Positions 42,070 through 54,521 are shown, counted from the stretch's first letter. The stretch is DNA of 64,000 nt from Paucimonas sp. (GCA_036675285.1 JAKFFK010000245.1:8589-72588); one strand, 5' to 3'. A program made the numbers and translations. Notes: a model not told the origin generated them from the sequence alone.

Positions 42070-42178
42070 AATTGCGGGACAGAGTTTATGAGGCGCCGCC
42101 GTGCGCCGAATTACTCTGTCCCCAACTGACTAGAATGCGGGAAAGAGTTAAGCGCAGCGTTACTCTGTCCTCAACTGA
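42070..42178. repeat. Two tandem inverted-repeat doublets (GGGACAGAGT.../...ACTCTGTCCC) between exbB and exbD
   Basis: Left arms AATTGCGGGACAGAGTT and AATGCGGGAAAGAGTT; right arms TTACTCTGTCCCCAACTGA and TTACTCTGTCCTCAACTGA. Confidence 0.8.
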
Positions 42179-42191
42179 TTAAGGAAACCCC

Positions 42192-42623
42192 ATGGCATTC
42201 GGCGGATTCAACAACAACCAGCAAGCCGGCCCGATGGCCGACATCAATGTCACGCCGATGGTCGACGTGATGCTGGTGCTGCTGGTGATTTTCATCATCA
42301 CCGCGCCGCTGTTTACCCACGCCATCAAGCTCGACCTGCCGACCGCCCAAGCCGCACCGGCGCCGCAAAAACCTGAAACCATCTCGCTATCGATCAATGG
42401 CGAAGGCGCAATCTTCTGGAATAACGACACGATCACGCTCAAGGATCTCGATACCCGATTGCAAAGCGCAGCCAAGAGCGCGCCGCAGCCGGAATTGCAG
42501 CTGCGCGCCGACAAGGCAACCCGCTACGAAATGATTGCCCAGGTCATGTCGGCGGCCCAGTCCAATGGCCTGACCAAGATCGGTTTTGTGACCGAGCCCC
42601 AGCCAGACCAGCCGAAAAAGTGA
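42192..42623 (+). CDS. exbD: Biopolymer transport protein ExbD
   Basis: INVTPMVDVMLVLLVIFII; LRADK. Confidence 0.9.
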   Translation: MAFGGFNNNQQAGPMADINVTPMVDVMLVLLVIFIITAPLFTHAIKLDLPTAQAAPAPQKPETISLSINGEGAIFWNNDTITLKDLDTRLQSAAKSAPQPELQLRADKATRYEMIAQVMSAAQSNGLTKIGFVTEPQPDQPKK

Positions 42624-42627
42624 CGCC

Positions 42628-42954
42628 ATGGCCCAAGTCCAGTTAAACGGCGCAGGCATCACCGACTGGTCCTCCTTCCATGCGGCTTGCAAGGAGGCGT
42701 TCGGCTTTCCGGATTTTTACGGCAACAACATGGATGCCTGGATCGATTGCCTGAGTTACCTGCGCGATGACGAAGGCATGACGCGTTACCGGCTGGCGCC
42801 GGATGAAATACTGGAAATCGAGGTGAGCCATTCCGCGCTGCTGCAACAGCAGGCGCCGGAAATCGCCGGGGCACTTGCCGACTGCGTCGAGTTTATCAAT
42901 GACCGCTACGCCGATTACGGCGAAAAACCCGCATTGAAACTCGTACTGCGCTGA
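42628..42954 (+). CDS. Barstar-family protein
   Basis: FGFPDFYGNNMDAWIDCL matches the barstar FPxYYGxNxDALWDCL-type motif. Confidence 0.8.
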   Translation: MAQVQLNGAGITDWSSFHAACKEAFGFPDFYGNNMDAWIDCLSYLRDDEGMTRYRLAPDEILEIEVSHSALLQQQAPEIAGALADCVEFINDRYADYGEKPALKLVLR

Positions 42955-42965
42955 TTTCTCAGTAA

Positions 42966-45791
<2,826 letters not shown>

Positions 45792-45793
45792 GG

Positions 45794-46342
45794 ATGAGGA
45801 TGAAGATGCCGATGAAACGCCGCACTGCGCTCACCCTGCTGGCCAGCTTGGCCGGCGCCTCCGTGCTGTCTGCCTGCGGCTTTCGCTTGCGCGGCGCCGA
45901 CGGCGCGGCCAGCCTGCCGTTCAAGACGATTTACCTGGGCTTTGCAGAGAATTCGGCGCTGGGTACGGAATTGAAACGCTATATTCGCGCCGGCAGCGGC
46001 ACCCAGGTCGTAGCCGACCCCAAGGCCGCCGAAGCCATTCTGGAAGTCTTGTCGGAATCCCGGGAAGAAACCATCCTGTCGCTCAACAGCCAGGGCCGTA
46101 TCCGTGAGCTATCGCTGTTTTACAAGTTCGGCTTCCGGGTCAGGGATGCCGGCGGCAAGGAATTGCTGGCGCCCACCAACGTCGTGCTCAAGCGCGACAT
46201 GAGCTTCAATGAAGCGCAGGTGCTGGCCAAGGAAGGCGAGAAAACCATGCTGTACCGCGACATGCAGTCGGACCTGGTGCAACAGATTCTGCGCCGGCTT
46301 GCCGTGCTTAACCCGGCGCAAGCTGCGCCAGCGAAAAGTTAA
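45794..46342 (+). CDS. lptE: LPS assembly lipoprotein LptE (start may be a few codons downstream)
   Basis: Lipobox LSACGFRLRG; leuS-lptE-holA synteny. Confidence 0.92.
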   Translation: MRMKMPMKRRTALTLLASLAGASVLSACGFRLRGADGAASLPFKTIYLGFAENSALGTELKRYIRAGSGTQVVADPKAAEAILEVLSESREETILSLNSQGRIRELSLFYKFGFRVRDAGGKELLAPTNVVLKRDMSFNEAQVLAKEGEKTMLYRDMQSDLVQQILRRLAVLNPAQAAPAKS

Positions 46343-46399
46343 TCATCCGTACCGGACACGAAATACGCTGTATACACACCATTGACGAGAGGATGGGCT

Positions 46400-47419
46400 A
46401 TGCAGTTGCGCATCGATGCCCTTGAGCCGCATTTAGGCAAGCCGCTGGCGCCGCTGTATGTGATCAGCAGTGACGAGCATTTGCTGGCGCTGGAAGCCGC
46501 CGACAAGATCCGCAAGACTGCGCGCGCGCAAGGCCTGTCGGAACGCGAAGTGCTGGTGGTCGAGCGCAGCTTCAAATGGGGCGCCTTGTTGGAAGCAAAC
46601 CAGTCGCAATCGCTGTTCGGCGACCGCAAGCTGATCGAATTGCGCATACCGACCGGCAAGCCGGGCAAGGATGGCGGTCAAGCCTTGCAGCAATATGCGG
46701 CCAGCCTGAGTCCCGACAATGTCACGCTGATTACCTTGCCGAAACTGGATTGGGCCACGCAAAAGGCGGCTTGGGTTGCCTCCCTGCAGCAAGCCGCCGT
46801 GTATATCGATATCCCGATGATCGAGCGCGCGCAATTGCCGGCCTGGATCGGTGCCCGGCTGGCTGCACAGCGCCAAAGCGCCGATCGCCAGAGCATCGAT
46901 TTCATAGCCGAGCGGGTCGAAGGCAATCTGCTGGCTGCGCACCAGGAAATCCAGAAGCTGGCGCTGCTGCATCCGGAAGGCAAGTTGAGTTTTGAGCAAA
47001 TCCATGATGCAGTATTGAATGTTGCCCGCTACGATGTGTTCAAGCTCAATGAAGCGATGCTGGCCGGCGATGCGCCCCGCTTGACGCGCATGCTGGATGG
47101 CTTGAAAGGCGAAGGCGAGGCATTGCCGCTGGTATTGTGGGCGGTTGCCGAAGAAATCCGCACCTTGCTGAAATTAAAATCTGGCACGGCGCAAGGACGA
47201 CCGCTCGGCATGCTACTCAAGGAATACCGGATCTGGGGGCCGCGTGAGCGCTTGATGGAACCGGCCGTGCGACGCCTGAGCCTGGCGACGCTGCAGCAAG
47301 CGCTGCAGGAAGCCGCGCAAATCGATAAGATGGTGAAAGGCTTGCGCGCCAAGGCCTTCGCCGGCGATGCCTGGGATGCGATGCTGCAGCTCGGCTTGAA
47401 AATCGCCACCGGCAGGTAA
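46400..47419 (+). CDS. holA: DNA polymerase III delta subunit
   Basis: [26 protein letters not shown]; synteny. Confidence 0.95.
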   Translation: MQLRIDALEPHLGKPLAPLYVISSDEHLLALEAADKIRKTARAQGLSEREVLVVERSFKWGALLEANQSQSLFGDRKLIELRIPTGKPGKDGGQALQQYAASLSPDNVTLITLPKLDWATQKAAWVASLQQAAVYIDIPMIERAQLPAWIGARLAAQRQSADRQSIDFIAERVEGNLLAAHQEIQKLALLHPEGKLSFEQIHDAVLNVARYDVFKLNEAMLAGDAPRLTRMLDGLKGEGEALPLVLWAVAEEIRTLLKLKSGTAQGRPLGMLLKEYRIWGPRERLMEPAVRRLSLATLQQALQEAAQIDKMVKGLRAKAFAGDAWDAMLQLGLKIATGR

Positions 47420-47462
47420 GGTCCCGCGCTGCCCGTTTGAATTACCGTTATTAATTTTTAAG

Positions 47463-48740
47463 ATGCCAAACATCATGGATATCAAGCAATACATGAATGA
47501 AGTCGGCCAGCGTGCCCGCGCTGCATCGCGCGCGATGGCCAGTGCCGACACCGCTGCCAAGAACCGCGCGCTGACCTTGATCGCCGCCGCCATCCGGCGC
47601 GAATCAACTGTGCTGCGCGCCGCCAACCTGCAGGACTTGGATGCGGCACGGGCCAATGGCATGGAGGCCGCGATGCTCGACCGGCTGACGCTGTCCGACC
47701 AGGCCATCGTCACCATGGCCGAAGGCCTGGAACAGATCGTCGCACTGCCGGACCCGATCGGCGAAATCTCCAATATGAAATACCGCCCGACCGGCATCCA
47801 GGTCGGCCAGATGCGCGTGCCGCTGGGCGTGATCGGCATCATTTACGAAGCCCGCCCGAACGTGACGGTGGATGCGGCCGGCCTGTGCATCAAGAGCGGC
47901 AACGCCACCATCCTGCGCGGCGGCTCGGAAGCGATCCACTGCAACCAGGCGCTGGCGGCGCTGGTCAAGGAAGGCCTGGCCGGTGCCGGCCTGCCGGCCG
48001 ATGCAGTGCAGATTGTCGAGACCACCGACCGCGCTGCAGTCGGCGAGCTGATCACCATGCCGCAGTTTGTCGACGTGATCGTGCCGCGCGGCGGCAAGGG
48101 CTTGATCGAACGCCTGATGCGCGAATCCAAGGTGCCGATGATCAAGCACCTGGATGGCATCTGCCATGTGTATATCGACGACAAGGCCGATATCGACAAG
48201 GCCCTGAAAATTGCCTTCAATGCCAAGTGCCACCGCTACGGCACTTGCAATACGATGGAAACATTACTGGTGGCGCAAGGCATCGCGCCACAGGTGCTGC
48301 CGGCATTGGCCCGGCTGTACGCCGAGAAACAGGTGGAACTGCGCGCCGACGACCAGGCGCGCGCCATTCTCGCCGGCTATCCGCAACTGGCTGCCGCCAC
48401 CGAAGAAGACTGGGGCACCGAATACCTGGCCGCCATCCTGGCCGTCAAGATCGTGCCCGGCATCAATCAGGCAATTGCCCACATCAACACCTATTCGTCG
48501 CAGCACACCGATGCGATCGTCACCGAAGACTACAGCCGTGCGATGCGCTTTTTGCGCGAAGTCGATTCGGCCTCGGTGATGGTGAATGCCTCGACCCGCT
48601 TTGCCGATGGCTTCGAATACGGGCTGGGCGCGGAAATCGGCATTTCCAACGACAAGCTGCATGCGCGCGGGCCGGTCGGCCTGGAAGGGTTGACCTCGCT
48701 GAAGTACGTGGTATTTGGCCATGGCGAAGTACGGAATTAA
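47463..48740 (+). CDS. proA: Gamma-glutamyl phosphate reductase
   Basis: [43 protein letters not shown]. Confidence 0.97.
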   Translation: MPNIMDIKQYMNEVGQRARAASRAMASADTAAKNRALTLIAAAIRRESTVLRAANLQDLDAARANGMEAAMLDRLTLSDQAIVTMAEGLEQIVALPDPIGEISNMKYRPTGIQVGQMRVPLGVIGIIYEARPNVTVDAAGLCIKSGNATILRGGSEAIHCNQALAALVKEGLAGAGLPADAVQIVETTDRAAVGELITMPQFVDVIVPRGGKGLIERLMRESKVPMIKHLDGICHVYIDDKADIDKALKIAFNAKCHRYGTCNTMETLLVAQGIAPQVLPALARLYAEKQVELRADDQARAILAGYPQLAAATEEDWGTEYLAAILAVKIVPGINQAIAHINTYSSQHTDAIVTEDYSRAMRFLREVDSASVMVNASTRFADGFEYGLGAEIGISNDKLHARGPVGLEGLTSLKYVVFGHGEVRN

Positions 48741-48909
48741 GTTTGCGAGTCAACGGAGTGTCGCCTTGCAGGGCGACACCGTTACGCAGGCGTGCGGCAT
48801 GCCGCACGAAATCCCTGCTTCACCCTCGCTGAAGTACGTGGTATTCGGGCATGGCGAAATTCGTCAATAAATGCCATGTTTACGGAGTGTTGCCTTGCAA
48901 GGCGACACC
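48694..48909 (+). repeat. Tandem duplication (period about 130 bp) of the proA 3' end plus a downstream hairpin
   Basis: 48694-48740 is repeated at 48824-48870; ACGGAGTGT(C/T)GCCTTGCA(G/A)GGCGACACC occurs at 48753 and 48882. Confidence 0.88.
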
Positions 48910-48968
48910 TCTGCTCCACCATAGCGAAGTACCGCCAATAAAAATTTTACAACAACCGGAAAGCCTCC

Positions 48969-49391
48969 ATGCTCTGGGTTAAATCGCTGCACATCGTATT
49001 TGTCGTGTCCTGGTTCGCCGGCCTGTTTTACCTGCCGCGCATTTTCGTCAACCTGGCAATCGAAAACGACACCGCCACCACTGAACGCCTACTTCTGATG
49101 GCGCGCCGGCTGTACCGTTTCATGACGCTGCTGGCTGTGCCGGCACTAGTGTTCGGCCTATGGCTATGGCTGGGTTACGGCATCGGCAAAGGGCCGGGCA
49201 ATGGCTGGCTGCATGCCAAGCTGACCATCGTGGTGCTATTGATCGGCTACCATCATGCCTGCGGGTCGCTGCTGAAGAAATTCGAAAACGGCGTCAATGC
49301 CCGCAGCGAAAAATGGTATCGCTGGTTCAATGAAGTGCCGGTCATCGGCTTGCTGGCGGCTGTGATCCTGGCGGTGGTCAAGCCGTTTTGA
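48969..49391 (+). CDS. hemJ: HemJ/CopD-family (UPF0093) membrane protein, probable protoporphyrinogen IX oxidase
   Basis: WVKSLHIVFVVSWFAGLFYLPRIFV; WLHAKL; RWFNEVP; VVKPF. Confidence 0.85.
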   Translation: MLWVKSLHIVFVVSWFAGLFYLPRIFVNLAIENDTATTERLLLMARRLYRFMTLLAVPALVFGLWLWLGYGIGKGPGNGWLHAKLTIVVLLIGYHHACGSLLKKFENGVNARSEKWYRWFNEVPVIGLLAAVILAVVKPF

Positions 49392-49422
49392 ACGCTGTGC
49401 TAGCAGCATTTCTATAAAAATC

Positions 49423-49443
49423 CCTTCCCCTTGAAAGGGAAGG
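49423..49443. repeat. Degenerate third copy of the leuS-repeat hairpin core
   Basis: CCTTCCCCTTGAAAGGGAAGG differs by 1 nt from CCTTCCCCTTGAAGGGGAAGG. Confidence 0.6.
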
Positions 49444-49485
49444 AGTTGTAAAGCAGCTTACGCTGTTACGGATAAAGGGTTCCCC

Positions 49486-50694
49486 ATGAATTACTCGTAT
49501 TTCTGTCCCTGCCCGCGCGGCATGGAAGGTCCATTGGCCGAAGAGCTGGCCGAAATCGCCCAGCAAGGCGCCAGCCTCAAAGTCCATAATCAGGTGCCTG
49601 GCGGCGTGCATTGCTCGGGCACGCTGGCCGATGCCTGGCGCATCAACCTGCATTCGCGCATCGCCTCGCGCGTGTTGCTGCGCATGGCCCAGTCCAGCTA
49701 TGCCAATGAAAACGATATCTACGACCTGGCGCTGGCGCAGCCGTGGGAAGACTGGTTTTCCGTCGAACACACGATCCGCGTCGATATCACTGCGATCAAG
49801 TCGCCGCTGAAAAGCCTGGAATTCACAACGCTCAAAATCAAGGATGCGGTGTGCGACCGTTTCCGCGACCAGTTCGACCAGCGCCCTTCAATCGATACCA
49901 AGACGCCGGACATGCGCATCGTCGGCTTCCTCGACGCGCGCAATTTCACACTGTACCTGGATACCTCGGGTGAAGCGCTGTTCAAGCGCGGCTGGCGGCT
50001 CGATACCGGTGACGCGCCATTGCGCGAAAACCTGGCCGCCGGCCTGTTGCGGGTGGCTGGCTGGAAGCCGGGCATGGTCTTGTTCGACCCGATGTGCGGC
50101 TCCGGCACGATCCTGGCGGAAGCTGCGCAAATGCTGGCCGGCATTCCACCCGGCGCGCGCCGCTCGTTCGCGTTTGAAAAATTTCATGATTTCGACCAGG
50201 CTGCATGGGCCACGATCAAGGGCAGCGTCAAGCCCAATCCGCTGCCGGATACGCCGACGATTTTCGGCAGCGATATTTCCGGCGACATGGTGGCCATGAC
50301 CCGCAGCAACCTGAAGCAGGCCGGCATCCTGTTCGAGGTGCCGCTGAAACAGATCGAGGCGCAGGAAGTCAAGCCGCCGACCGACGTGCCTGGCATCCTG
50401 CTGACCAACCCGCCGTATGGCGAGCGGATCGGCGTGCGCGGCGACAGCACACTTGCCGACGATGAATTGGCGCAATCCTTTTTCAGCGCCTTCGGCACCA
50501 CGCTGAAACAGCGTTTCGCCGGCTGGTCGGTATTCCTGTTTACTGCCGACCTGGGCGTGCCGAGATTGTTGCGCCTGAAAGAATCGCGCAAGACACCGTT
50601 TTTCAATGGCGCACTGGAATGCCGCCTGTTCCGCTTCGACATGGTGGCAGGCTTCAACCGGCGCGAAGGCGCGCTGCCGAAAAATCCCCAGTAA
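49486..50694 (+). CDS. rlmL: THUMP-domain class I RNA methyltransferase (RlmL/UPF0020-like)
   Basis: LHSRIASRVL, LFKRGWR, APLRENLAAGLL, DPMCGSGT, TNPPYGER. Confidence 0.8.
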   Translation: MNYSYFCPCPRGMEGPLAEELAEIAQQGASLKVHNQVPGGVHCSGTLADAWRINLHSRIASRVLLRMAQSSYANENDIYDLALAQPWEDWFSVEHTIRVDITAIKSPLKSLEFTTLKIKDAVCDRFRDQFDQRPSIDTKTPDMRIVGFLDARNFTLYLDTSGEALFKRGWRLDTGDAPLRENLAAGLLRVAGWKPGMVLFDPMCGSGTILAEAAQMLAGIPPGARRSFAFEKFHDFDQAAWATIKGSVKPNPLPDTPTIFGSDISGDMVAMTRSNLKQAGILFEVPLKQIEAQEVKPPTDVPGILLTNPPYGERIGVRGDSTLADDELAQSFFSAFGTTLKQRFAGWSVFLFTADLGVPRLLRLKESRKTPFFNGALECRLFRFDMVAGFNRREGALPKNPQ

Positions 50695-50695
50695 T

Positions 50696-50821
50696 CGCGC
50701 CAATTACTTCTGTCCGTGCGATACCGGCGGCATCTGGCGCGTCACCGAGCAGTTCGAATACGGCATGGCCGGCATCAAACCCGGCCTGATCTCGAATCAA
50801 GTCGCGCCGTTTGGCAACATC
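50696..50821 (+). pseudogene. Relic fragment of an aldehyde dehydrogenase gene (GabD-like succinate-semialdehyde dehydrogenase)
   Basis: Translates to YFCPCDTGGIWRVTEQFEYGMAGIKPGLISNQVAPFG, close to GabD [37 protein letters not shown]; no start codon and no upstream body. Confidence 0.7.
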
Positions 50822-50870
50822 CGAGCTGCTCGTGCAGTCATGGCGGATGGCCGGTCATAGCCCGCCATGA

Positions 50871-53549
50871 TCAAAGCGACTTTTTGGTATACAGCCGGCC
50901 GCGGCGCACCAGCCATTTCTCGATTTCGACCAGAATGAACACGACGGTCGACAAAGCCAGGCAAAACCCGAGCTCGGCCATGCTCAGCGGCGCGGTATTG
51001 AAAATCGGATTCAGCCACGGTATGTAAATCGTCGCCATCTGCAACACGAAGGTCAGCGCAATCGCGCCGAGCAGCGGCTTGTTCGACAGCAAGCCTTGGG
51101 TAAACAATGAATCGCGTTCCGAGCGGATCGCCAGCACATGTCCCATCTGCGACAGCGTCAAGACGGTAAACACCATGGTTTGCCAGTTCGCAGAACCAGT
51201 GCGGATTGCCCAGGCTTGGGCGAACAGCGTCACGCCGCCCATCGCCAGGCCGATCCACATGATGTGCTGCCACATGCCGCCCGCAAAAATACTTTCGTAG
51301 GGTGCGCGCGGCGGACGCCGCATGATACCTTTTTCGGCCGGCTCGACCGCCAGCGCCAAACCCGGCAAGCCGTCGGTCAGCAGGTTGACCCACAGGATGT
51401 GAATCGGCAGCAGCGGGATCGGCAAGCCCAGAAACGGCGCCAGGAATATGGTCCAGATTTCAGCCGAATTGCTGGTCATCGTGTAGCGGATGAACTTGCG
51501 GATATTGTCGAAAATGCGCCGCCCCTCGCGCACTGCGCCGACAATCGTCGCAAAATTGTCATCCATCAGCACCAGGCTGGCCGCTTCGCGCGCCACATCG
51601 GTGCCGCCCTTGCCCATGGCCACGCCGATATCGGCGCGCTTCAATGCCGGCGCATCGTTGACGCCGTCGCCGGTCATTGCGACAAATTCGCCCTGCGCCT
51701 GCAAGGCTTCGACGATGCGGATTTTTTGCGCCGGGTCGACCCGTGCATAGACCCGCACCTGCTTGACCTGCTGTGCAAACGCCTCATCGCTCAGGCTGGC
51801 CAGCTCAGGCCCGGCCAGCACGCGGCTGGTAGCAGTGGCAATCCCTAACTGACAGGCTATCGCATGGGCAGTGGCGGCATGGTCACCGGTGATCATCACC
51901 GGCGTGATGCCGGCGGTCTGGCACATGGCAACCGCATTTTTTGCCTCGTCGCGCGGCGGATCCATCAAGCCGACCAGGCCGATGAAGACCAGTTCATTTT
52001 CAATATGCTCGACTGCGTGGTGATGCGGCAAGGCCGGCCAGTTGCGGCAGGCCACCGCCAGCACCCGCAAGCCTGCCGCTGCCATGCTTTCCGCCTTGGC
52101 CAGGATGGCCTCGCGCGGCAGCGCCACTTCGCCCTGCTGCGTCAAGGCTGCCGTGCACAGCGGCAACACGCCCTCCGGCGCCCCCTTGGTAAATGCGGTG
52201 ACGCCCTGTTGCTGATGGTGGAAGGTGGTCATGCGCTTGCGCTCGGAATCGAACGGCAGTTCGAAGATGCGCGCCGCAGTCAGCTCCAGCACAGTCTTGT
52301 CATAGCCGCACGCCAGCGCCGCCAGGTACAGCGCCACCTCGGTCGGGTCGCCGGTGGTTTCACCCTGGTGGCTGCGACTGGCATCGTTCGACAGCGCCAG
52401 CGCAGTCAGCAGATTGGTCCATGGCGCATGCGCCGGCGCGACCTCGCCCTGCTGCAGCGTGGCATCGACCACATAGATTTGCTCGACGCGCATCTTGTTC
52501 TGGGTCAGCGTGCCGGTCTTGTCGGAACAGATATAGGTGACCGACCCGAGGGTTTCGACTGCGGGCAGGCGCCGGATCAGCGCATGCTGCAGCACCATCT
52601 TGCGCGCACCCAGCGCCAGCGAAATCGTCACCACCGCCGGCAGCGCCTCCGGAATGGCTGCCACGGCCAGACTGACTGCCGTCAGAAACATCATGACCAC
52701 CGCTTCGCCGCGCAGCAATCCCACGACAAAGATGATGGCGCAAATGGCCACCACAATCAGGCCCAGGCGCTTGCCAAATGCCGCCAGCCGCCGTTGCAGC
52801 GGCGTTTTCATTTCTGCGCCGCTGTCGAGCAATTGCGCGATCCTGCCCAGTTCGGTGGCCATGCCGGTGGCCACCACGATGCCGGTGGCGCGGCCATAGG
52901 TGACAGTGGTGCCCTTGTAAGCCATGTTAGTGCGGTCGCCTATCGGCAAATCGGCATCGGCCAACACCTCGCTGCGCTTTTCCGCAGTCACGGCTTCCCC
53001 GGTCAGCAGCGCTTCATCAATCTTGAACTGTGCCGCCTCGATCAGCCGCACATCGGCGGGCACTGCATTGCCCGCTTCCAGCAGCACGATATCGCCCGGC
53101 ACCAGATCCGGAGCGTTGATATTGACGCGTTCGCCGTCACGCAGCACCAGGGCGCTGGTGGCCGCCAACTGTTTCAATGCCGCCATCGCCCGTTCGGCGC
53201 GTATTTCCTGGATGAAGCCGATCACTGCATTCAGGATCAGGATCACCACGATGGCCAGCGCATCCTTGATGTCGCCGACAATCCCGGAAATGACCGCTGC
53301 GCCGATCAATACCAGCACCATGAAATCGGTGAACTGGTCGAGCATCTTGCGCCACAGCGGACGCGGTGGCTTTTCCCGGATTTCGTTGGCGCCGACATGC
53401 TGCAGGCGCTGCGCCGCCTCCGCCTGCGGCAAACCTTGGCGATGATCGACATTCAATTCGACGGCAATCGCCTGCGCTTCGCGCACATGCCATGTTGCAG
53501 CCATGCTGCCAGCCGATGCCGTCACTGTCGGGCCCTGATTATCGTTCAT
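50871..53549 (-). CDS. Cation-transporting P-type ATPase (type II, Ca2+-like)
   Basis: LTGE, AIPEALP, DKTGTLT, KGAPE, MITGD, TGDGVNDAPAL. Confidence 0.95.
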   Translation of the reverse strand: MNDNQGPTVTASAGSMAATWHVREAQAIAVELNVDHRQGLPQAEAAQRLQHVGANEIREKPPRPLWRKMLDQFTDFMVLVLIGAAVISGIVGDIKDALAIVVILILNAVIGFIQEIRAERAMAALKQLAATSALVLRDGERVNINAPDLVPGDIVLLEAGNAVPADVRLIEAAQFKIDEALLTGEAVTAEKRSEVLADADLPIGDRTNMAYKGTTVTYGRATGIVVATGMATELGRIAQLLDSGAEMKTPLQRRLAAFGKRLGLIVVAICAIIFVVGLLRGEAVVMMFLTAVSLAVAAIPEALPAVVTISLALGARKMVLQHALIRRLPAVETLGSVTYICSDKTGTLTQNKMRVEQIYVVDATLQQGEVAPAHAPWTNLLTALALSNDASRSHQGETTGDPTEVALYLAALACGYDKTVLELTAARIFELPFDSERKRMTTFHHQQQGVTAFTKGAPEGVLPLCTAALTQQGEVALPREAILAKAESMAAAGLRVLAVACRNWPALPHHHAVEHIENELVFIGLVGLMDPPRDEAKNAVAMCQTAGITPVMITGDHAATAHAIACQLGIATATSRVLAGPELASLSDEAFAQQVKQVRVYARVDPAQKIRIVEALQAQGEFVAMTGDGVNDAPALKRADIGVAMGKGGTDVAREAASLVLMDDNFATIVGAVREGRRIFDNIRKFIRYTMTSNSAEIWTIFLAPFLGLPIPLLPIHILWVNLLTDGLPGLALAVEPAEKGIMRRPPRAPYESIFAGGMWQHIMWIGLAMGGVTLFAQAWAIRTGSANWQTMVFTVLTLSQMGHVLAIRSERDSLFTQGLLSNKPLLGAIALTFVLQMATIYIPWLNPIFNTAPLSMAELGFCLALSTVVFILVEIEKWLVRRGRLYTKKSL

Positions 53550-53793
53550 AAGAATCGGTGATTGACAAATAAAGGAGGTATCGCTGCGGCTGGCGCATTG
53601 CCGACCATTTTCACATGCTGCCCGGCGCACGAAAAGACCACGGCGCCAGTGACGATTGGGCCGGTCTCCATGCCGGCATACCAGACTGCAGTTTGCATGC
53701 AAGCCGCACAGCCCGGTGCGCCGGCATGGCGTCAGGCTTGATTTGAATCAAGCAGTGCTGTGCGTCATCCGGCAAATCGGGCGACGTTCATAG

Positions 53794-53816
53794 AAAAAGG
53801 GAGCCGCAGCTCCCTT
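53794..53816 (-). terminator. Intrinsic terminator downstream of the lipoprotein gene
   Basis: AAAAAGGGAGC-CGCA-GCTCCCTT. Confidence 0.7.
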
Positions 53817-53868
53817 CAGTTCATTTCAGTTCATTTCTTGCCGCGCGACTTTGCGGCAATGTCTGCAA

Positions 53869-54294
53869 TTAGCGCTTGACGGTCAACGGGCCGCTATAGC
53901 CGCTGGCGCTCCAGGTGCCGGACATCGCATTGTCGCCTTTCGGGCTCAGCTTGAAGCTGATCGTAGGTTGCTCTGCGACAAGCACGCCGTTTTGCACTAC
54001 AGCCTTGGTCAGCGGGCTCTTAGTATCGCCGGTTGCAGTGCCGTACCAGTTGGCGCTGCCGGTCACATTGGTGCCGTTGGCGCCGGTGACGATCAATTCA
54101 AACTTGCCGCCGCCAAAGCCTGGCAGCTCCCAATTACCGGTCCAGTTGCCTTTCAGCTTGCCGGCAAGCGCGCCATCATTGGCTGCGGCAGCAGCCGCTG
54201 CGGCTGGCGAAACTGGTGCGGCAGGTTGCGAAGCACAACCGGACAATACGAGAGCTGCAGTCAAACCGGTAAGAACCAACAGGGAACGGATCAT
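53869..54294 (-). CDS. Hypothetical lipoprotein with a poly-Ala linker and a beta-rich domain
   Basis: Lipobox LSGC; AAAAAAAA; Gly/Trp-rich beta strands. Confidence 0.75.
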   Translation of the reverse strand: MIRSLLVLTGLTAALVLSGCASQPAAPVSPAAAAAAAANDGALAGKLKGNWTGNWELPGFGGGKFELIVTGANGTNVTGSANWYGTATGDTKSPLTKAVVQNGVLVAEQPTISFKLSPKGDNAMSGTWSASGYSGPLTVKR

Positions 54295-54395
54295 AGTAAG
54301 TCGCCTTAAAATTGATAAAAAGAATCTGAAGTATAAGCAGATTACACAAAAACAACAATTCTCCGAATGGAGAGGATTTTGTTATTTCGAGGAAA

Positions 54396-54521
54396 GCAGG
54401 TGCCTGCCAGCGCCTCGCCCGGAGGCGACGCCTGTGCGCTCGCGAACCGAGCGCAGCCGGCGCCTCCGGCCGGCCCTAGCTAGGGCCAGCGCCGGGAAAC
54501 TGGTTGAATTTGCCGGCAAAT
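54396..54521. repeat. String of back-to-back short hairpins and palindromes
   Basis: Five adjacent stem-loops at 54396-54487 plus ATTTGCCGGCAAAT at 54508-54521. Confidence 0.7.

Noticed and set aside
42070-42178. Repeat-spacer pattern as a mini-CRISPR array
   Set aside because: The arms alternate in inverted orientation, spacers are unequal and short, there are only two units, and no cas genes are present.
51864-53561. 565-aa ORF opposite the P-type ATPase
   Set aside because: Shadow ORF with low-complexity composition and no domain signal.
53815-53837. TTCAGTTCAT tandem repeat (about 2.3 copies)
   Set aside because: Too short; likely slippage next to a terminator.
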